Made by a program: the position numbers and the translations under genes | Notes under the pieces: generated by a model | Told to the model about the DNA's origin: nothing | Databases searched by the model: none | Seen by the model: the letters and a program-made list of their open reading frames with translations, nothing else | In this document: piece by piece, positions 53,202 to 64,000 of the stretch | Layout: each line of letters starts with the position of its first letter | Position numbering within the stretch: the stretch's first letter is position 1 | Source: Lama glama | Lineage: Eukaryota | NCBI GenBank assembly: GCA_028534125.1 | Contig: CM052818.1 | Coordinates: 15,874,001-15,938,000, forward strand | DNA: 64,000 nucleotides | Reading direction: 5' to 3'

Positions 53202-53381
53202 ATATATATATATTCATATATATATATATATGTATGAATAAACCTGTTGAATAAACCTGTTGCTTAAATAACTTGAGAATAAACCTGTTGCTTATCTACT
53301 TTTAATTAGTATCTGCAAATCTCTAACTCCTAATTTATCCCTTCCCTCTCTCTTCCTCTGTCCCTGGTAATTGTAAGTCTG
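53202..53381 (-). mobile_element. Short antisense young-L1 3' UTR scrap with (TA)n and triplicated junction sequence
   Basis: The reverse complement of 53277-53381 resembles 38341-38425. GAATAAACCTGTT occurs at 53236, 53249 and 53277. Confidence 0.7.
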
Positions 53382-53485
53382 TGATATGATACACTAAACA
53401 GGGAATCATCACTTCTGTGATGATCTTGCCAAACATGCATAATGTTAATCTAATCATAAGAAAAATTCAGAACCCAAATATATAG

Positions 53486-53593
53486 GTGCTGGCTTCGGCA
53501 GCACATATACTAAAATTGGAATGATACAGAGAAGATTAGCATGGCCCTTACACAAGGATGACATGCAAATTTGTGAAGCAGTCCATATTTTTT
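53486..53593 (+). pseudogene. RNU6: U6 snRNA retropseudogene, full length
   Basis: GTGCTGGCTTCGGCAGCACATATACTAAAATTGGAATGATACAGAGAAGATTAGCATGGCC...CCATATTTTTT. About 9 substitutions against canonical U6, about 5 of them CpG transitions. No U6 promoter context; it lies inside an L1. Confidence 0.97.
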
Positions 53594-53789
53594 AACTACT
53601 ATACATAAAATAAACAACAAGTTTCTACTGTATAGCACAGGGAACTATATTCAATATCTTGTAGTCATGTTTAGTGAAAAAGAATATGGAAAGGAATATA
53701 TATATATATATATGACTGAAACATTATGCTGTACATCAGAAATTGACACAACATTGTAAACTGACTATACTTTAATTAAAAAAAAAAAA
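53594..53789 (+). mobile_element. L1 3' end fused to U6 (U6/L1 chimera)
   Basis: CTGTATAGCACAGGGAACTATATTCAATATCTTG...AATTGACACAACATTGTAAACTGACTATAC plus poly-A. Similar to 38425-38600. Confidence 0.93.
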
Positions 53790-54439
53790 GGCTAAAGTTC
53801 AGTTCCAGATTAATGGCCACTATAGAATTTTTAGACTGGGGGGAAAATATAACAACTACAAAGAACATAACAGGGACAATAGATAAAATGTGAATATAAT
53901 TAAGAATTAGATAATAAAATTGTATAAATGGTAAGCCACTTGATTTTGATAATTGTATGAGAACATTCAGATTCTTAGGAAATATACATTGTAGCCATTG
54001 TAGCTTATTGGGATAATGCATCATACTACAGGAAACTTATTCTGAAGAGGTTTAGGAAATACATATTATACAACTATTTTCTAAATTATTATATCAATAC
54101 TACATATAACTAATAATAAATAAATATATTATATATGATTATTTTCTAAAAATATGTATCCTCACACACAAAGACACAAAGAGACTCATAAGTCAAATGG
54201 GGCAAAACACACACAGCTGATGAATCTGGGTAAAGTATAAATAAGGATCCTTTTACTATTCTTGCAAATTAACTGTGAATATGAAATTACATCAAAATAA
54301 AAGGTCATAAAAGTTATATTTTGATAAATAAAATATGGTTTATATACCCAAACCTGTTTTCTAGCATATACATTTTTTAGCAACATATTACTGTAGTAGC
54401 TGCCTGTTCCTCAGAGCCATTAAGAATAACAAAAATAAT

Positions 54440-54635
54440 AACCAATAATCATTGAGCACCTACTACACAGCAATCATAATGCGCTCTTTATCTGCATTAT
54501 ATATTTCCCACAACACCCTTGTAATACAGGTGCTAGTATCTTCATTTTACAGGAAGGGTTTTTAAAAAGATTAAATAATTTTCCACAGGTCACTGAACCA
54601 GATTGACAGAAAGAATATTTGAATTCTAAGGCCCC
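54440..54635 (-). mobile_element. MIR
   Basis: CATTGAGCACCTACTA...CCCCACAACACCCTTG...CATTTTACAG...TTAAATAATTTTCCACAGGTCAC...ATTTGAA. Confidence 0.8.
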
Positions 54636-55168
54636 AGGTCAACACTGCAAGGATTAAACCTTTGCTTCTTTCTAGAATTGGTTTATTTTCCCACTGTGGT
54701 AGAATGAAAAATAATTTATAGATCAAATAGACAAAGGGGTATGGTTAAGTGAAACCTATTATTTACTAGGTATATTTTGGAATTCTGGAAATTTGGAAAG
54801 GCAAAGGACCTAGAAATATTTAGATGGTAGCAGACTAATCGTTATGTTCCGAATGCTTACATTTTATTTTTTGTCAAAGAGGAAAAGCAGGATTACTGAC
54901 CTCCCAGCTACCTAAATAGCAAAGTTTAAGGAGGTATCTATGCAAACAAATTTACCCACAAATGCTTCAGAATACACAGAAAACTACTTTTCAGTAGCAC
55001 AACATTAGATGTGTTAGAATCCATTTCTTCCATCTCTTCTACTGCATCTCCTAGTGTCTGCATAGTACTAAGTGGTATGTAATCCCACACCCAAACATCA
55101 ATTTGTTATTTAGATATGAAGAAGAAAAATATTCTAATAGCTAGAAACATATCATAATATAAAAATAA

Positions 55169-55171
<3 letters not shown>

Positions 55172-55202
<31 letters not shown>
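55172..55202. repeat. (TA)n microsatellite
   Basis: Seen directly. Confidence 0.96.
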
Positions 55203-55205
<3 letters not shown>

Positions 55206-57691
55206 CAGGAAGATCCATTTAATCAAGAATGAGAGGAGGTTAGAGGGGAAAGACAAATGTCCACATATGTTACTAACAATTATTTTTGCTTTACACTATA
55301 TTTTAGAATTGTTTTAAATTACACTTTTGAGGAATTATCCACATAATGACAATAAGGGTCACTCAGTCATTCATTATTAACTCATTCATTTAATATTTGT
55401 TGAGTGCTTACTATACATCCTTTTCTCCTTTGATTTTCATTTTACTCAGTTCTATCAAACATATAGGAAAAGCAAACTTTCAGAATTGTCCCTTCTAGTT
55501 CCTTATATTTTCTAAGCCTCCCATATGTTTTTGACTCATATTTTTCTCCTCTGTATGCAATTCAAACTCACCTGACATTGTCTGACAGCACTTTGTGACC
55601 ACACACAAGGAATGAGTCCTGAGGCCCTCAGGATCTAATTGAGAATATCATGCCCAACCATATATGCCAACATTGTATTCAAATGTTCTTGGTTTAATTT
55701 AGGAGTACAGTTAGGGTTAGCAGAGGACAGGAGAGGGAATAACCTTGCCTATGGCTGTCAACTTTGAGCCTGGGCTTAATATTATGTAGACATTTCAAGA
55801 GAAAGAGGATGCCAGGAGAAGGAACTCTTCTGAGAGGTACAGTTAATCTTCAAATAGAATTCCAGTTCAGGGAAGCAGGATTAGACCTAAGGAAATCTGA
55901 GTCTCAACAATAGTCACTTTCAGGTACAAATCAGAAAGTTAACGAGGGCAGCAATCTGAATGTTATCTAGGAGGACAAGAAAGAAAATTCACCTCAGAAG
56001 AGAGAGAGATGACCAAGTGGAACCTAGGTCCCATTGCTTGGGATCAAGGAGGATAGAGGAAATCTACACTTGAACATGACACCCAGATCTCTGCAGAGGC
56101 TCCAAGTGACGAGGGACTTGTCACCTTCCAGGCATTGCAGCCATGAGTTTACAACTGCACCATTCTATTTCCAAATCCCACTTATTAATGACTGGGGTCT
56201 AATCAATTAAGTGACTGATAACTTTTTAGACATACAATGTGCCCAACACTGTACTGAGCTGTTAGGAAAGATTAAAAAGAAAGGATAAAGATTCATGCTA
56301 TAGTCTCCTGTTTTCAAATATATGAAATAACTACAAATTTTGGCCAATTAGCCAAAAGGTTTCTTGAACCAAGGAAGGAAAATTATCATTCAAAATGTAA
56401 GACCTGGAGATCAGCAGTGTGTTTGTGCCACTACAGTAAGTTTACTTTATACAAAAAATCCTATATTTTGGGAAAAAAAAAAAGAGTGGAACACATCAAT
56501 TTACAATTACTTTCTTATTCATGTGTTTCTCATAAAATTAGTATCTCACATAAATAGATCTCCTATAAATGTATAATTTTTGGAATGGGGAAAATTGAAC
56601 TCAGACTTTCTTCTAGTATGTCATATTGTAGTTTCTGTTATGATGATGGATGTTTTTAATCCAGTCACTTTAAATTAGTTATGTTTCATTTTCATCTATA
56701 ACTCTCGAAATATCTTTCAGTTAGGGGCCAGGATAATTCAGTACAAAATAGCTCAAATGACAAATGGTCTAAGGCAAAGTGCTTTACTGGTATGAGAAAC
56801 CACGTAGGATGGCAAAATTAACTTTTTAAATATACTCTTTTTGTTTTGAGCGTACAAGTTTTAAAATGTTTCTGCATATTATACTGAAATAATGACATAA
56901 TTATTTTAACTCTTCTAGTACTTATAGTGACAAATTTATTCCTAGTTAATTCATTCATTTTTATGTAGGGACTTCCATAGGATTGTACTTTAATTCAGTA
57001 TTAATCAGGCTATTATTTGAAAGTGTTTCCAACTCAGCAATAAATGGTGGTGATTTAGTTATAATTAAACAGAAATGAGTGTGTGAAAGCCTAATGAAGT
57101 TCAGAGAAGTATTCATTATGTTTCAATACATGTATATTATCTACTCTCCCAATAAATTGTTATACCTCTACTGTAATTAACTAGGAATTAACTCATCTAA
57201 TTTTTAAAAAAACAATTTCTGGTCTCAGAATCCTTACTTTGTTATATATTCACTGAAAACCTAATTGAGAGTGCAGAAACACATCTTGTAATGAATCAAA
57301 ACAAAAAAATTATTGTAGCATTACAAGTGAATTATAATCGACTGAAATTGTTTGTGGAATCATGATGGATCTGTAGCATCCAACATTTGTCTGCACTGCA
57401 TGTCTCTGATACTAAATATTGTTACATATTTAGAGTTCAATGCTTTATCAAATATGGTACATTCTACTCCTCTCCTGTCTTTTACTATCTGATATGAAGG
57501 GCATTATCACATTAGCTTTTGCCAGTAAGCCATTTTAATTTCTAAAGAATGGGGTCTTTTACTTGTTTACCATTGCTATGTTTTAATGCACTGCCTAGGT
57601 GGGCAGTATGTGCCTTTCTTCCCACCCTCCACGGCCCACCTCGCACCAAGTGTGGAAAATGCTAGGAACTAACTAAGTAACTGCAGATTTT

Positions 57692-58769
57692 TCTTTTGTT
57701 TTCTACTTCTTCTCTTTCCTTCCTTTTCTCCTTCTCTTCTTCCTCTCCTCCATTCTCCTCTCTTTCTCTTCTTTTTTATTTTCAGAGTACCTTTATTGAC
57801 ATGTAATCTGCAAACCCTACAATTTACCTGTTTAAATTATACAAGTCAATGTTTTCTAGTATATTCATAGATATGTGCAACTATCACCACAGTACAGTTT
57901 AGTTCATTTTCATCACCTCCAAAAGGAACGCCATAGCCAAACGCTTTGGCTATCATTCTCCCATTCCCCCATCACTCCTGCTTTACCACAGTCCTGAGCA
58001 ACCACTAATCTACTTTCTGTCTCCATAGATTTCTCTGTTATGGACATTTTATATGAATAGGATCATATGATACATGGTCTTCTACGACTGGCTTCTTCCG
58101 CTGAGGCTAATGTTTTCAAGGTCCATCCATACTGTAACATGTGTTAGTACTTTATTCCTTTTTATGGCCAAACATTATTCCATTATATGAATTACCATAT
58201 TTTCTGTATCTATTTGTTGGTTGATGGAAATCTGACTTGCTTCTAGCTTTTGACTATTATGAAAAGACTGCTTATATATATTTATATGCAAGTACATTTT
58301 TGTGTTTCATTTCTCATGGTTATATCTGTAGGAGTAGACTTCCTGAGTCATATAGTAACTATATATTTCACATTTTAAGGAAATACCATGCTGTTTTCCA
58401 AAGTGATTCCACATTTATATCCTTACCAGTAATGTATGAGGGTTTCAATTTCTCTATATCCTCATAACCCTTGTTATTATCTAAATTTTTGATTATAGCA
58501 CTCTAGTCAATGTGAAGTGGTACCTCACTGTTTTGTTGTTGTTGCTGTTTGGTGCTTTTCAACTTGCAATGCCTTGATGATTAATAGTGTTAAGTATTTT
58601 TTCATGTGTTTATTGGTCATTTGTTTATTTTCCATGGAGAAATGTCTTTTCATATCCTTCGCCCATTTTTAAATTGGGTTATTTATTTGTCTTTTATTAT
58701 TTGGTTGTGTTTCATACATTTAAAACGTAAGTCCCTTATCAGATATATAATTTCCAAATAATTGAATGG
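57692..58769 (-). mobile_element. L1MB-like 5'-truncated element with CT-rich decayed tail
   Basis: CTTTATTGAC...TTTTCTAGTATATTCATAGATATGTGCAACTATCACCAC 3' end followed by antisense ORF2 text. TSD CTGCAGATTTT at 57681-57691 and 58770-58780. Confidence 0.88.
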
Positions 58770-60097
58770 CTGCAGATTTTACTTACCCATTAGCCAGTAG
58801 CACACAATGCCAAGATTAGTTGTGAATAATGTAATGTATCCCTAGCAAGGATACAGCAGTACAGCCTGGGTGACACTGGTTTTTCACCCATTGCCTCTCC
58901 GGCATCAACAGAGCTAACTGGACAAGTCAGCCATTATAGTCAAGAAACTTCTAGTTTATTTTTTGGATTCTTCATGAGGCTTTATTTTCCCACCATGATA
59001 TAGCTTGCATGATGCTTTCCTGGACATGTTTCAATGGGTTGCTGTCTCTTTGACATGCAGTCTGTCAAACTAGACTTCATATTAATCAGTAAGTAACCCT
59101 CCTCACTGCAAATGGAATTCTCACTTGCTGGTCCCTGCATTCCTACCTGCTACCTTACTAGGTCATCCCAGTGTTTCATCCATCTACACTCATGGCTGGA
59201 TACGCATATGGAAACAAATTTCTACACTTCTACAGTTTCTCTAGTGACAGGAAACCTTTGATTTATACTTTACTCTGGTTTTACTTTTCTTAAAAATTAT
59301 ATCTCAAGTTCCTATTTAAATTAGATAGATTGGTGTAAGATGCTAGTCAAGGTGACACATGCATCCTCTTACAAAATGAAGCACCACAGATGGGAACTTA
59401 GTATACTATCTCTAATTTTGGGTGTATATATGATTACATGTAAGGAAATATTATTTAGACTAAAGCAAAGAAAAGCCTGAGTCCTTATCTTTTAGGATAT
59501 TGTAGTAACTCTGTAGAAAATAAGCAGTGACTTATAAAGTATCTCCTGAAACTTTTGTGTGCTTGTTTACTTTATAACTTGTCACTGCAACTACTACACC
59601 TTCTGAACAAAAAGACTTTCCAAAGTTCCTTTCCTGATTAAATAACCTTCTTTCTGCCATGTTATTGACTTTATAGGGCTGCATTTTAGCTTCCTTCAGG
59701 CCATTTACTGCAGGCTACCCTTTACTTCCTACGGCAATAACCATTTTTAATTTTGTCAACCAAGCAAGAGATGGCTTGCTGGCAAGAACCCAGCTGCCAA
59801 GACCCTAGCAAACTCTCAGTTCTTCCACTGCAGTCAAAGAGTAATGTAACAGTTCAGCAGTAAACTTCTTGTTTTGTTTTCAGATTGACCTATTACTCAT
59901 ATTTCAGGGAAAGAGAAATATGTTCATATTTGAAAAGATGGAGTATGGACACTTTGCCTTAGATAATTTAGGTTGCTTTCCTGGGAGTCAAGAATTCTGA
60001 ACTACTCATTTCTCTCCCTCAAACCTTTTTCCTCCTTCAACTCTCACCACCCATACTTCCTAATGTTATGTCTCACAATGGAAGTTGGAAAATATCC

Positions 60098-60436
60098 TGT
60101 CATATACAGATTGATATTTTCATACTTCCCAGATTATGATGAAAACCTAATGTCCAAAGTGATGCTATTAGGAGGTGAGACCTTTGGGAAATTTTAGGTC
60201 AAGAAGGCATTCTTTGTGAATGGAATTAATGATCTAATAAAAAAACAAAAGAGGTATTGGTCCCTTCTACCATGTAAGGGCACAGCAAGAAGCAACCAGT
60301 TTGCAACCCAGAAGAGGGCCTTCACCAGAACTCAGTCATGAACACCCTTATCTTGGACTTCTGGCCTCCAGAACTATATGTGGTTAAGTATCCAGATTGT
60401 GATATTTTCTTATAGCAGCCTAAACAGACTAAGACT
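60098..60436 (+). mobile_element. MaLR solo LTR (MLT1A/MST-like)
   Basis: TATTAGGAGGTGAGACCTTTGGGA...CCATGTAAGGGCACAGCAAGAAG...TCTTGGACTTCTGGCCTCCAGAACT...TATAGCAGCCTAAACAGACTAAGAC. Confidence 0.88.
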
Positions 60437-60796
60437 GGTCCTTAAAGTTATAGCCACTTTTCTTTGCAGATGAGAAAATAGAGATCACAAATTGAGAATT
60501 TGTTTTAAAGCGAAATAATTCATGGAGAAAACCATTTTTATAGATATGAAAGCATGAGTGTAAAAATCAGAACAAAATATTATTTCATTATATCAAAATA
60601 TTTTGATTTGTAAATAATTCCTAATATAACATGGAACAACATTTTTTGGAAAGACTGAGAGACTATAGACATCAGATAAATAATAAGTCCATATAAAGAT
60701 GTTCTATTATGATTTAATAAAGACAGCAAAGCAATTCATAGTTTACTGAACCTTCACTGTGGAAAGGTAACTATGAAGTTTATGGTGCAATCAGGG

Positions 60797-63700
60797 TTTT
60801 TTTAACTTTTTATTTTGAATACTTATAGACTCTCAGGCAAAGAAACGTACAGGGTGGTCTCCTGAATACTTTTCCCAGCCTCTCCTAACATTAACATCTT
60901 ACATAACTATAGTATAATATCAAGACCAGGTACTTGATATTGGTAATATTCACAGAGCTTATTCAGATTTTACCAGTTACAGATGCACTAATTTGTGAGC
61001 GTGTATATACAGTTTTATGCAATTTAATCACACGTGTAGCGTCCTATGACTACCACAACATGCTTTCTCCCCATCCTAAACCCTGGCAACCACTAATCAG
61101 TTTTGCATCTCTGTAATGTATTTCCTTCATGAGTGTTAGGTAAATAGACTCATAGAATAAACTTTTGATATTGTAGTTTTTATTCAGCATAATTTATTTG
61201 AGGTGCATCCAAGTTTTTATCTGTATCAATAGTTCGTTCCTTTTCTTGGTAAGTACTATTCCATGGTATAGATGTGCATTACAGCTTGTTTAAACATTCA
61301 CTCATTAAAGGGCATCTGTGTAGTTTCCAGTTTTGGGCTATGATGAATAATGGTGCTATGAATACTAATTAACATGCTTCTCCGGGAACACAGTTTTTGT
61401 TTCTCTGGGATAAACGCCCAGGAAGGTAACTGCCAGGTTATACGGTAAATCCATTTTATTTTCAAAAGAAACTGACAAGCTATCTTGTAAAAGGATTGGA
61501 ATGTTTTACATTTCCACAGCAATATATGAGTAATCTGGTTTCTCTACATCCTTTAGTATTATCATTTTTTTTTTTTGCTATTCCTATAGGTTTGTAGTGA
61601 TACCTCATTGTGGTTTTAATTTGCATTTTCCTAATCGTAGCTGATGTTGAGTATCTGTTCATATGCTTATTTGTCATGCATATATCCTCTATGGTAAAAA
61701 TGTTCTGTCTTTTACTCATTTTACCGACTGGATTGTCTGTTTTTTTAAAATGTTGTTTTGGAGAGTACTTGGCAAGCTCTAGGAACGATTCCTTTTTAAA
61801 ACATGTGATTTGCAAATATTTTCTCCCAGCTTTTACCTTTTCTTCTCATTCTCTTCACATGAGCTTTCACACAGTGGAATTTTAACATTTTGAGGAGGAA
61901 CTCATTTATCATATTTTTAAAAAATGAATAGTGCTTTTGGTGTCCAGTCTAAGATTTCCTTGACTAGTGCTAGGTCCTGAAGAGTGTCACTTTTCCCCCC
62001 CCTAAGTTTCATATTCATGGTACATTTAAGTTTTTGATTCATTTCCAGTTTATTTCTCTACAAGGTATGAGGTTTTGGACAAGGTACTTTTTTAAGGGCC
62101 TAAGTATGTTCAACTGCTTCAGCACCATTTCTGTTGAAAATTCTCTCCTTCAGTGAATTTTTTTCATCTTTGCCAAAAATCGATTTTGTATTTTTTGATG
62201 AGTCCCTTTCTGGGTTCTCTATTCTGTTCCATTGAGCTATATGTCTATCTTTCCATCAGTACTATACTGTCTTGATTACTGTAGGTATACAGTAAGTTTT
62301 AAGAGCAGCGAGAATGATTTCTCACACATTCTTCTTCTTTTGAAAAACTGTTTCAGTTGTTCTAGGGCTTGTCTTTCTATATAAATTTTAGAATAAGTTT
62401 GTCGATGGCTGAAAAAAATGCTGGGATTTTGACAGAAAGGCTTAAAACTCTAGGTCAATTTGGGTAGCACTGATATCTTTATAAAGAGTCTTCCTATCCA
62501 TGAACAGTGTAAGTATCTCTAGTTATCAAGGGCTCTGAGTTTTTAATCAGCCTTTTGTAATTTAAAACATATAGATTCCTGCATGTATTGTTATATTAAT
62601 AACTAAGTATTTCATCTTCCTTGGGACAATTTTAAATGTTATTGATTTTTACCTTGAATTCTACAGTCTTGCTGAACTCGTAAGTTGAAGAAATTTTCTT
62701 TTTGTAGATTAAAAAGTGAGTTTCTACATAGATAGCCATGTAACCTGCAAACAAACATAGTTTTATTTCTTTTTGTCCAATTTGTATGCCTTTTATTTCT
62801 TTTTACTTGCCTTATTTTGCCGGTTAGAGCTTCCAGTTCTATGCTGAGTAAGAGTGGTGAAAGTAGAAATCATTGACTTGTTCTCAACCCAAGAGGTAGA
62901 GCAGTCTTTTACCACCAAGTATGACTTCAGCTGTAGGTTTTCTATGAATGATCTTTATCAGTTGAGCAAGTTCTCCTTTATTGCTACTTTGCTGAAAAAT
63001 TTTTATTATGAATAGGCATGAAATTCTGTCAAATGTTTCTTCTGAAGTAATTGATATCATTATATGAGTTTTCTTCTTTAGTCTATTGTTATGATGAACT
63101 TTATTGATTTGATTTTCAAATACTGAGCCATATTTGCATACCTGAAATCAACTCCATTTGATCATGGTGTTAATGTATAAAATCCTTTTTATATATTGAT
63201 AGATTTAATTTGCTAGTATTTTGTTGAGAATTTTGGCATCTACATTCATGAGAGATGTTGGTCTACAGTTTTCTTTTTTTGAACTGTTTTTGTGTGGTTT
63301 TGGTATCAGGTAATATTCACCTCAGAATGATGGGGCGTGTTCCCGACTATTTATTAAAAGACATTATGTACATTTTGTGTTAATTCTTTAACTTCTCTAG
63401 TGTAAACATCTAAGTCCAGAGAGTTTTTTTGGGGGGAGTGGGAGTTTTATAATTATAAATTAAATTTGTTTAATGGTAATAAGATGATCTAGGTTGAGTA
63501 AACTCTTTTATCTTTCCTCAAGCTTACTGATTTCATCCTGGATCTGAGACCATCCAATGAGGGTTTTACTTGGTTATTGAATTTTTCAGTTCTAAAATTC
63601 CTATTTGTTTCTTTTTTTAAAAGCTTGTATTTATTTTCTAAAAATTTCTGGTTTTTTAAATTTGTTTCAAGATAATTTTTAACTACTTCTTAAAGCATTT

Positions 63701-64000
63701 TTATAATGACTGCTTTAAAATCCTTGTCACATAATTCCAATATATGAATAATCTCAGTGTTGGTGTCAATGGATTGTTCTTATTTTTTAAGTTGCATTTT
63801 TTTTTGTTGACATTTTAAGAGATTTTTTATTGTATCCTTCACATTTTGCATATTACCACAGAAGACCCTTTATCCTATTAAAAACTTCTATTATAGCCGG
63901 TTATCACAGTATTTAGGCATAGCATGTAGATCCTTGACTCCTTTTGGAAGCTGTAATTCCAATGCCAGTTTAGTTTTCAGAGACTTGGCAATGATATTCT
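60797..64000 (-). mobile_element. Old L1M (MD/ME-like): 3' UTR, decayed ORF2, then ORF1-like fragment to the window end
   Basis: ORF 61480-61815(-) contains EDICMTNKHMNRYSTSATIRKMQIKTTMRYH, which is L1 ORF2 C-terminal region. There are many stops and frameshifts. Confidence 0.9.

Larger units (their letters stand above)
50470..54305 (+). mobile_element. Old L1MC/MD element (ORF2 end plus long 3' UTR) hosting three later insertions
   Basis: Decayed ORF2 3' motifs (TTTGACACAGCAATCCCACTTCCAGGAATTTAC), a long 3' UTR, and the terminus TTCTTGCAA...TGAAATTACATCAAAATAAAA. Confidence 0.8.

Noticed and set aside
53236..53294. Repeat-spacer-like array (GAATAAACCTGTT x3) as CRISPR
   Set aside because: The repeats are too short, irregularly spaced and L1-derived, and the context is eukaryotic with no cas genes.
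53486..53593. Functional U6 gene
   Set aside because: CpG decay, fusion to an L1 tail and embedding in an L1 with no evident PSE.
1996..61885. ORF track entries as host genes
   Set aside because: They are short (at most 166 aa), low-complexity and mostly inside repeats. Only L1 ORF2 remnants (for example 37817-38149 and 61298-61815) are recognisable.
1..64000. L1 strand bias as evidence for a host transcription unit
   Set aside because: L1 fragments occur about equally on both strands, so no orientation signal is visible.

Overview
This is AT-rich, CpG-depleted mammalian DNA, most likely from a camelid (alpaca, llama or camel). The assignment rests on a Vic-1-type tRNA-derived SINE and young artiodactyl-type L1 3' ends; I saw no Alu, BovB or rodent SINEs. 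I can support no host protein-coding exon, so the window looks intergenic or deep-intronic. The ORF track is noise except for decayed L1 ORF2 pieces. The content is a layered record of transposable elements: old L2, MIR and L1M fragments, hAT and Tigger DNA transposons (MER53, MER3/33, MER5, Arthur/MER45-like, Tigger2), about 12 solo LTRs (several with readable 4-bp TSDs), and young 5'-truncated L1s with TSDs. There is also a 500-N scaffold gap. The most notable items are a full-length U6 snRNA/L1 chimeric retrocopy without a TSD, an adjacent non-canonical antisense L1 scrap with templated repeats, a 66-bp templated duplication 3 kb from its donor, and nested insertions. I found no convincing previously undescribed biological system. 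Repeat family names come from my recall of consensus sequences and need RepeatMasker/Dfam confirmation.
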